A stretch of DNA of 36,927 nt, counting the filler, from Deltaproteobacteria bacterium (GTDB lineage: Bacteria > JAUYMQ01), in assembly GCA_030698575.1 (NCBI GenBank). It is 7 parts of 7 records of this genome, joined end to end, with 100 filler letters (N's around TTAATTAATTAA, not from the genome) between each part and the next. Parts side by side here need not be neighbours in the genome. Positions count along the whole stretch, not along the records: positions 6,372 to 13,007 come from JAUYMQ010000003.1; positions 13,108 to 19,475 come from JAUYMQ010000012.1; 5 more parts are not named here. One strand, written 5' to 3'. The notes under the pieces were generated by a model. It searched no databases, had not been told where the DNA came from, and saw only the letters and a program-made list of their open reading frames with translations. Positions 8,604 through 16,500 of the stretch are shown here, piece by piece (position 1 is the first letter of the stretch; each line of letters starts with the position of its first letter). The translations under genes were made by a program, and so were the position numbers.

Positions 8604-11600
8604 CTCCATCGAGAAGAGCCCTCGCCGACCTGAGATCCTGCGTCTCGAATCCCTCGGTGAACCAGCCGCACACATCCCCGAGGAACGCGCGCCCCGCCTG
8701 GCCGTCCCCCTGTTCCATGAGCAGCCGGCACAGGCTGGTCGCCGCTCGAAGCTCCAGCGACCGTCCCTTGAGCTTGCGCGCCACCGCGATCGCCCGCTCG
8801 TAGTGGCTGCGGGCCAAGCGCGCTGATGGGGTCTTCTGCTTCAACTGAAGATCCCCCATGAGGCGAAGCAGGTCGGCGTCCCAGAAGGGGCTGCGCCGCC
8901 GCTGGGAGAGGTCCAGCGCGTTCTCCAGGGTGCCGAGGGCGTCGTCGATCCGCCCCACGTCGCCGTAGGCCTGCGCGAGCATGCCGAGAATGAGCGGCGC
9001 CCCCACTTCCGTTCCCGTGGCAGCGAGCTGGGCCACACCCTGCTCCATGAGAGGCAGCCATTCCTCCTCCGGGCGCTCCCGCGAGAGCGCCCACCCGAGC
9101 GTCGCCCGTCCGAGCCCCAGCCACAGCGAGAAGTCCTGCTCGATCGACAGCGCGATGGCCTCGTCGGCGCGCGCCCGGGCCTGCTCGTGCTCGCCTCGCA
9201 GACGGTGAGTTGCGGCGCCCCAGCAGAGCGCGTAGGCGAGACTGAAAGGGTGCGTGCCCTCCCGGGCGAGTGAAATTCCTTCCTCGATTCGTCCGAGGGC
9301 CTGATCCGGGTAGCCGAGCTGCCATAGCGCCTGTGACGCGTAACACCGGGAGGTCACGCCCGGATCCTCGCCATAAAGCGTCGCAAGCGGCCGGTGCACG
9401 GCCGGATTATAGAGATCGATCACCTTCTCGACGTTCTCGAGCGAGCGCGCCGAGTCGCCCTGCCAATAGAGCGGGCTGCCGAGCGACATATGCGCCATCA
9501 CGAGGAGATTCGAATCGCCGGCTTTCCCGGCGATTTCGAGAAGCTGCTCGCCCAGCTCGACGGAGGCCTTCAGATCGTTTCGCGCCTGGTAGAAGACAGA
9601 GAGCCCCCAGAGTGCGCGAAACAGCTCGGGGGCGTCGCTGCTCTCGCTGCAAAGCTCCCGCGCCCTCGCGTAGGCGCGCTCGACGTCGGCGCCCCCGTAG
9701 CCCTGCACCTCGAGGAGTCTGGCGCCGAGCGGGACCTGCAAGACCAGCTCGAGCCGGTCGCGCTCCGGCCCCTCAGGCGTCAGCGCCAGCAGTTCCAGCG
9801 CCTTTCGCAGGTGGTCGATCGCCTCGGCATTGGCCGATCTCCGGGCAGCGCGCTCTCCCGCCTCGCGGTAATGTGAGATCGCCTCTGCGAAGAGACCCGC
9901 CTCCTCGAAATGCCGTGCAATCACTTCCGGACCCGTCGCCACGCGATCAGGAAAGCGTTCGAGAAGAATGCGCGCCACTCTGGCGTGGCACTCTTGCCGC
10001 TTGCTCTTGAGCAGCGACTGATACGCGGCCTCCTGGATCAGCGCGTGCTTGAAGATGTACACGGCACGGGGCGGCGCGCCCCGCCGGTAGAGAATCTCCG
10101 TTTCATCGAGACGATCGAGCGCCGCCTCGAGGGATCCTGCATCGAGGGGGCACACGGCCACGAGAAGCTCGTGGGGAAGTTCGCGGCCGAGCACGGCGGC
10201 GAGTTGCGCGACGTCCTTCGCCGGCCCGAGCCGATCGAGCCGGGCCATGAGCGAATCCTGGAGCGTCGCCGGGATGGCGAACTGCGGGAGCGGGTCCACC
10301 CGCTCATATGCCTGGTCGCTCTCCGCCAGGAGTCCCGATTCGAGCACGGATTGCGTCAGCTCCTCCACGAAGAGCGGCACACCGTCGGTCTTCTCGATCA
10401 GCTGCTTCACGATCATTCGGGGAAGGGACTTCCCTCCGGTCAGCAGCTTCATCATGAACTCGATCTGCTTGCGGGTGAGCGGGTGAAGCGTGTGATGCAC
10501 AACATAGGATCGGTTCGCCCAGGGAGGTTCGAATCCGGGGCGGAAGGTGAGCAGGATCAGGACGCGAGCGGTGGGAATCTGATCGACGAGCATCCCGAGC
10601 AGCTCGAGGCTGCTGGGATCGACCCAGTGCAGGTCCTCCATCACGAGAACGACCGGCCGCTGCTCGCTCTGCGCGAGAAGCCACGCCGAGAGCATCTCGA
10701 GCGTCTTGCGGCGCTCCGCCTCCGGGCTGAGAGACGGCGCCGCGTAGGCTTCGGGAAGCGGCAGCGAGAGAAGCGAGGCGAAGATGGGCATCGATTCCGG
10801 GAGCGGAATGCCGATGGGGCGCAGGGCTTGCTCCAGCCTGGCAACCTTCGTCTCCACGGGATCGTCATGGCCGAACCGCAGCGCGTGCTCGAGGAAGCTG
10901 ATGACGGGATAGAAGACGCTGTTCTGATGGTAAGGCGTGCAGCGGCTCTCGAGCCAGGCATGCGCCGTTTCGGAAAGCCGCTCGCGCAGCAGCTCGACGA
11001 GCCGGGACTTGCCCATTCCCGCCTCGCCGCCGAGAAGCACCACCTGGCCCAGTCCCTCCCCCACCTGCGCCCAGCGATCAAGAAGGAGCGAGGCCTCCTG
11101 CTCCCGCCCGACCATGGGCGTCAGCCCCGAGGCCGAGGCCAGATCGAGACGGCTCTTGACCCCGCTGGCGCTCAGGACCCGCGAGACCTTCACGGCTCTG
11201 TCGAACCCCTTCAGGGTCCGGTTGCCCAGATCCTCGAATACAAAAACACCCTGCACCAGTCGGCGTGTCGCCTCGCTTATGACGACCCAGCCGGGCTCGG
11301 AGACTTCCAGGAGCCGCGAGGCCAGAATGACGGCGTTGCCGAGCGCGAGCTGCTCGTGCTTCTTGTCGCTCCCCATCTCCCCGACCACGACCGGCCCCGT
11401 GTGAACGCCGACGCGAACCTGGAGCGGCGCCTCTTCGAGGGTGGCGAACCGTTCGCCCAGCCGGGCGGTGACCTGGGGAAGCTCGTCCAGGATGGCAAGG
11501 GCCGCGCTCACTCCGCGGACGGGGTCGTCCTCATGCGCCTGGGGGTAGCCGAAGTACACCAGGAGGCCGTCGCCCAGATATTGCGCGATCTCGCCGCCAA

Positions 11601-11925
11601 AGTTGCCGATGATCGCACCGCATGCCTGCTGGTATGCCCGCAGGACCACGCGGAGTTCCTCGGGATCGAGGCGCTGCGACAGCTCGGTCGAGCGCACGAG
11701 ATCGCAGAACATGACCGTGAGCTGACGGCGTTCTGCGGGGCGGGCAGGTTTTTCATCGCGGAGGGACGGACGCGACCTGAGGGATGCGGCGCACTTTCCA
11801 CAGAAATCAGCCTGAAGAGGATTCGCGAAGCCGCACCCCGGGCAGACGGCGCTCAACGGATTTGCGCATTTGATACAGAAGCCCATCCCTTCCGGGTTTT
11901 CAAACGCGCAACTTTCACATCGCAT
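8593..11925 (-). CDS. Zinc-ribbon + class III adenylate/guanylate cyclase + AAA ATPase + TPR protein
   Basis: Likely start MRCESC at 11925. Double zinc ribbon, RRQLTVMFCDLV, YLGDG, Walker A GEAGMGKS, Walker B MEDLHW, TPR-like C-terminus. Confidence 0.92.
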   Translation of the reverse strand: MRCESCAFENPEGMGFCIKCANPLSAVCPGCGFANPLQADFCGKCAASLRSRPSLRDEKPARPAERRQLTVMFCDLVRSTELSQRLDPEELRVVLRAYQQACGAIIGNFGGEIAQYLGDGLLVYFGYPQAHEDDPVRGVSAALAILDELPQVTARLGERFATLEEAPLQVRVGVHTGPVVVGEMGSDKKHEQLALGNAVILASRLLEVSEPGWVVISEATRRLVQGVFVFEDLGNRTLKGFDRAVKVSRVLSASGVKSRLDLASASGLTPMVGREQEASLLLDRWAQVGEGLGQVVLLGGEAGMGKSRLVELLRERLSETAHAWLESRCTPYHQNSVFYPVISFLEHALRFGHDDPVETKVARLEQALRPIGIPLPESMPIFASLLSLPLPEAYAAPSLSPEAERRKTLEMLSAWLLAQSEQRPVVLVMEDLHWVDPSSLELLGMLVDQIPTARVLILLTFRPGFEPPWANRSYVVHHTLHPLTRKQIEFMMKLLTGGKSLPRMIVKQLIEKTDGVPLFVEELTQSVLESGLLAESDQAYERVDPLPQFAIPATLQDSLMARLDRLGPAKDVAQLAAVLGRELPHELLVAVCPLDAGSLEAALDRLDETEILYRRGAPPRAVYIFKHALIQEAAYQSLLKSKRQECHARVARILLERFPDRVATGPEVIARHFEEAGLFAEAISHYREAGERAARRSANAEAIDHLRKALELLALTPEGPERDRLELVLQVPLGARLLEVQGYGGADVERAYARARELCSESSDAPELFRALWGLSVFYQARNDLKASVELGEQLLEIAGKAGDSNLLVMAHMSLGSPLYWQGDSARSLENVEKVIDLYNPAVHRPLATLYGEDPGVTSRCYASQALWQLGYPDQALGRIEEGISLAREGTHPFSLAYALCWGAATHRLRGEHEQARARADEAIALSIEQDFSLWLGLGRATLGWALSRERPEEEWLPLMEQGVAQLAATGTEVGAPLILGMLAQAYGDVGRIDDALGTLENALDLSQRRRSPFWDADLLRLMGDLQLKQKTPSARLARSHYERAIAVARKLKGRSLELRAATSLCRLLMEQGDGQAGRAFLGDVCGWFTEGFETQDLRSARALLDGVTP

Positions 11926-12302
11926 CGTCGGAGCCCCAGGTGACGGCAACGGGTAGGCCGGCGGACGATCGGGTCCGCTCCGTCTCCTCCGAAGATTACC
12001 AGATTGTTTCAATTTTCCACCGCTCTTGATTATCCCCCCATGGTAGCGCGATGCGCAACCCCGTTCCTCGAAAGGCGGCGCCGATGCAGGCGTGGATGCC
12101 GTGCCCGAAGGCGACACGCCGGCTGTCATTCCGGGCGTCTTCGCGGAGCCCGAGCGTCTCGACTTTGCCCGGAAACCTGTATCGATTCCCCGTTGATCAA
12201 GGTAGAGTCCAGGATTGATCGAGCCGTGGCCTGCCAGGCGGCCTGGGGAGGGGCCGGCCTGTTCGTCAGGGTCGGCGATTCCCTTTGTCCCAGGGCGTGT
12301 CC

Positions 12303-12725
12303 ATGATTCGCCACCTCCCCATGCTTCTCTGCCTCTCCTTCCTGGCGGTTTCGCTCGGTCTTGCGCCGCCGTCGCACGCCGTCAGCGTCTACGACGTCAT
12401 CCTGCTCAGTCAAAAGGGCTTCAGCGAGAGCGAGATCCTTCGCATCCTCGACGCCACCGACTCCGCCTTCACGATCACGGCCGACGACGTCATCCGCCTG
12501 AAACGCCTGGGCGTGGGCGAGACGGTGGTCAGGCGAATGCTCGTCGCCACGCCTGATGAGCGGCCGGATTGGAAGCCGGTGAAGAACGACGAAGACCGGA
12601 CGGCCGCTCCGGCCGAGGAATCCGGCGCTGCCGACGCCCGCTACCACCACGACGATTACGAGCAGACCGACGCCCATTCGGTGGTGCGGCGGCCGGAAGC
12701 CGCGGAAAAGGGAGACTCGCCATGA
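12303..12725 (+). CDS. Secreted hypothetical protein (helical repeat domain)
   Basis: Signal peptide, then DVILLSQKGFSESEILRIL...TADDVIRLKRLGVGETVV. Confidence 0.7.
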   Translation: MIRHLPMLLCLSFLAVSLGLAPPSHAVSVYDVILLSQKGFSESEILRILDATDSAFTITADDVIRLKRLGVGETVVRRMLVATPDERPDWKPVKNDEDRTAAPAEESGAADARYHHDDYEQTDAHSVVRRPEAAEKGDSP

Positions 12726-13007
12726 AGCGCGCCGTCCTGGTTCTCTGCTTTCTTCTCGCTCTGGCCGCGCCCGTGAGGGCCAATGGGCTGCTCGCTTCGA
12801 TCGATGAGCTTGTCACGCTCGCGGAAAGCGGCCTCTCGAACGAGACCATCCTGGTCTTCGTGCAGAATCGCCCCGTCGCGTTTTCAGGGAGCGCCGGGGA
12901 GATCGTCCGGCTGAAGGACGCCGGGATTAGCGAGGAGGTGATCCGTTACCTCCTCGACCATCCGGCGGCGGACGACGACGGTTACATCGTCGAGAGCCCG
13001 GGCGCCG
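12722..13007 (+). CDS. Secreted hypothetical protein, paralog of the upstream gene (3' truncated)
   Basis: ATGA overlap, GGGAG RBS, signal peptide, ELVTLAESGLSNETIL...SAGEIVRLKDAGISEEVI. Confidence 0.7.
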
Positions 13008-13107
13008 NNNNNNNNNNNNNNNNNNNNNNNNNNNNNNNNNNNNNNNNNNNNTTAATTAATTAANNNNNNNNNNNNNNNNNNNNNNNNNNNNNNNNNNNNN
13101 NNNNNNN
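13008..13107. other. Artificial contig linker
   Basis: N-run, TTAATTAATTAA, N-run. Confidence 0.98.
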
Positions 13108-13122
13108 AAAGATGAGTTTCAC
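13108..13122 (-). CDS. fmt: Probable first codons of methionyl-tRNA formyltransferase
   Basis: GTG AAA CTC ATC TTT (MKLIF) begins 21 nt after the def stop, matching the usual Fmt N-terminus and def-fmt gene order; only 5 codons are visible. Confidence 0.55.
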
Positions 13123-13143
13123 AGCTTCTGGGAACCGCGCGCG

Positions 13144-13578
13144 TCAGGCCGACTGACGCGCCCGCTTTTGCATCCTGGCGCGGATGCGGTTCTGCTTGAG
13201 GCGCGAAAGATAGTCGACGAAGACCTTCCCCTACAGATGATCCATTTCATGCTGAATGCATACGGCCTGCAGCTTTTCGGATTCGAATTCGAACCGCTTG
13301 CCGTCCAGGCCCACTGCGCGCACGTGTATCCACTCGGCGCGCTCGACAGCCTCATAGACCCCTGGGACAGATAGGCAGCCTTCTTCGCAATACTGGGATC
13401 CTTCGCTTGCCAGTATCTCCGGGTTGATCAGGACCAGCAGCGTATCGCGCGCTTCCGATGTGTCGATGATAATGACCTGTTTGTGCACGTCGACCTGTGT
13501 CGCCGCGAGCCCGACGCCGGGGGCTGCGTACATGGTCTCGGCCATGTCGCGCACCAGGGCGCGGATGTCTTCGGTAAC
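13144..13578 (-). pseudogene. def: Peptide deformylase lacking its N-terminus, with an in-frame TAG, fused to the giant ORF
   Basis: [39 protein letters not shown](13231-13233)-GKVFVDYLSRLKQNRIRARMQKRARQSA-TGA. Confidence 0.88.
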
Positions 13579-16500
13579 GCCCTTGCTTTCGGCGGGCGTG
13601 CGCATGGTGACGCCGGCGCGTTCGAGCCATCGGCGTACGGTCGTTTCGCCACGGTCCATCGACTGAGCGATCTGGGCAGCCGTCTCGCCTTCTTCATAGC
13701 GCTGCGCGGCGGCTTGGAGCGAGCCGATATACTCGACGATGTCGTCCTTCGTCGTTTGGCCCCTCAATTTGAGGAACTTGTCCAGACCGACGCTGGCGAT
13801 CTCGTCTTCCTTCACGCCCTGCGTGTTGCGCAGCGCGGCGAGCATCTGAGGGCCGGAGCCTTTTTCGGTCTTCAGGGATTCGGCGGCGCGGGTGAGGGCG
13901 GAGAAGAAAGGTGGGGACTGACGGGGGAGGGCGAAGCGTTCGCGACCGCCGCGCGAAGCGAGCGGCATCTCCGGTGTCGTTTCGCCGCGCAGATACGCTA
14001 CCCAGTCCATATCGAGGATGCGGCCAATGTCGACCGCCAGGATCGTCTCCCGGCCCGCCGCGCGCGCAGTGGCGACGCGATGTCCGCCCTCAAGCAATTC
14101 CCATCGGCCGCTGTCGCCGCGACGCACGAGTACGGGCGGCGGCGCGTTGCCGGTCGCCAGCATCTCGGAATATCGCCTGACTGCGGCTTGGCTGATCGAG
14201 CGCCGGGACAGATCGAGATCGGCCACCGGAACATCGGCGCGCGGGGCAGTCAGCGGATCGGCAAGGTCGAACAGTTCCGCGCGCCAATCTTCCTCCGTGG
14301 CGTCGCGGCCGTTTACTTCGCGATAGGCGCGCGCCGCCGGTTCGTGGCGGCTGATCTCATAGGCAAGATCGCTGCGGGTCTCGGCGGGGAGATCGTCATA
14401 TGGCGTGTCGGTTAGGGCGCGATCTGCTTCGCCGCGCTCGCCCCGCTGCGCAGCTTCTTCAGCATCTCGCGCGCTTCGGCCTGGGTCTCCGGCTCCTCGC
14501 CTCTCTGTTCCAGAGCCGCTAGGTGCGTCACGATCAGGCCTTCCAGGCTGTCTCGATCGGGCGCTTTGCCCAGCATGTTCCTCGACATTTGCTGTAGCGG
14601 GGTCATCGTAAACCTCCTTGAGGGCGTCGTGCTCGGCGTGGAACGCATCGAAGGCGGCGACAAGATCGCTCTTGATGCGGCTGTCCAGCCCAGGATTATG
14701 CTCTTCGAACAAGCCTGACAACGCCGACAGCGCCGACGTGAAACTTTGATTGTGCTCGCCCTCGTTCTCGTGCACGGCCTCATGGTAGAGCGTGTGCAGG
14801 ACGGATGCCGCCTTGGCGCTGGGCTTGGACAATCCGCCCGCGAACGGCCCGTAGAACGGGTTGATGAAGAAGCCCTTGAACGGCACCGAGACGTTCACAC
14901 CGGCGTAGCCCTTGTCCAGAGACACGCCTGCGGGACGTGCCTGCGGGCTGCCCTCGGCAAAGGCCAGGTAATCCGATCCTGGAATCTTGCCGAGCCCGTC
15001 GCGGAACGCAGTTGCCGCGGCGCCGAGCTGGTAGAAGAACTCGCGCAGCTTGGCTTCGGGCAAACCGGAGCGCTTCGCCGCATCGGCCACGATGTCCACA
15101 TTGAGGTTGTTGTGGAATACCGGCGGCAGGCCGCGCAGGCTCTCGTCCGGAACCTTGAAATCCTCGACCGTGTTTGGGTTCTCGAACTTGTCGAGCGTGC
15201 GGCCGTCGATATTGAGCGCGCCGTCCTTGACCTGAATGCGGTCGGCGATCTGGAACGCCAGACTGCTCCGTTTCGGCAAGGCATCGCTGAGATCGAGGGA
15301 GTCGAAATCCGCGCCTTCGGTCGTGGGGCGCATGGCCTGCAACCTGGTGAAGCCGGTGCTTGTCCCGCTCGCCGTCCGCGACCAGTTGATCAGGCGGAGA
15401 TAATGTTCCAGCGCGGCGGTATCCTCCTCGACCTTCTTCGACCAATCTTCGCGCTGGTTGTTGAAGGGATAGAAGGCGTGCTCCGCCGGCACCTTGGAGC
15501 GCACGTTGAGGAGGATGCGATAGGGGATCGGATCGAACTTCATGGGGGTGGCGCGGAAGCGGGTGTCGAACTGCCACAGGCCGGCGGAGAGAACCTGGTG
15601 GTCCTGCCAGCCGCCATCGGTCGGCGCGTCGCCGTAATAGATATCGATCTCGCCCCACGGGAACTCCGCGGTGGTGATCTTCGGCAGCCCCTTCAACTCG
15701 ATGTTGCGGCCGACCGGCAAGGTCATCGGCGTCTTCTCGCTGGCAGTCTTCACCGTGACGGTCACGTCGCCGATCAGCGGCTTGCGCAGGAAACCGAACG
15801 AGGTCGGGCTGCTCGGGACGTAAAGGTCCTTAATCTCGCCGCCGGCATCCTTGTATGTCTTCGGGAACGTGACCGTGACCGTGGTGCCGTTGGGCTCGCG
15901 CGTGGAGCTTTCTTTCAGGGTCGCCCGTCCCGCCATCAACTCCTTGCCGCTGGTGTCCAGATCGACCGCCACGCCGTCGCGCACGGTATGCAGCTTCAGC
16001 CCGTCGTTGCCGAAGATGAAGGCGAGCTTGGCGATGCCGAAGCCGCCCGAGGCCTGGTCCGGCGCAAGTCCCGCCTTGTCGGTTCCCGCAACGGTGAGGA
16101 ACGCATCCTTCACGGTCTGCGCCGTCATGCCGGCACCGTTGTCCGTCACGGTGATGGTGCGCTTCTCGGGCTCGTAGACGATGTCGATCCTGGGCTCGCC
16201 CTTGATCGCGCCCGCGAACTGCGCCGCCTTCACCCCGTCGAAGGCGTTCTGCACCAACTCCTTCACCGTCACGTCCGGCATGTCCGCGCCGTAGAGTTTC
16301 GCGCCCATGATCTTGACGATGCGCTCGAGATCGGCGCCGATGCCGACGGTCTGGTCCGGCCCTGGCTCGCGGGTGTCGCGCAGCTCGCGGCGCTCGCCGC
16401 CGAAGAAACGATCAAAGGCGGACTTGTCCTGGGTCGAGGGGAAGGGGCCGCGCGGGAGGCTGAACTTCGGCTTGGCGGTCGCCCCTTCAATGCGCGCCGC

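Noticed and set aside
11926-12129. Extra 68 N-terminal residues of the cyclase ORF
   Set aside because: Not protein-like; the zinc ribbon begins at Met 11925.
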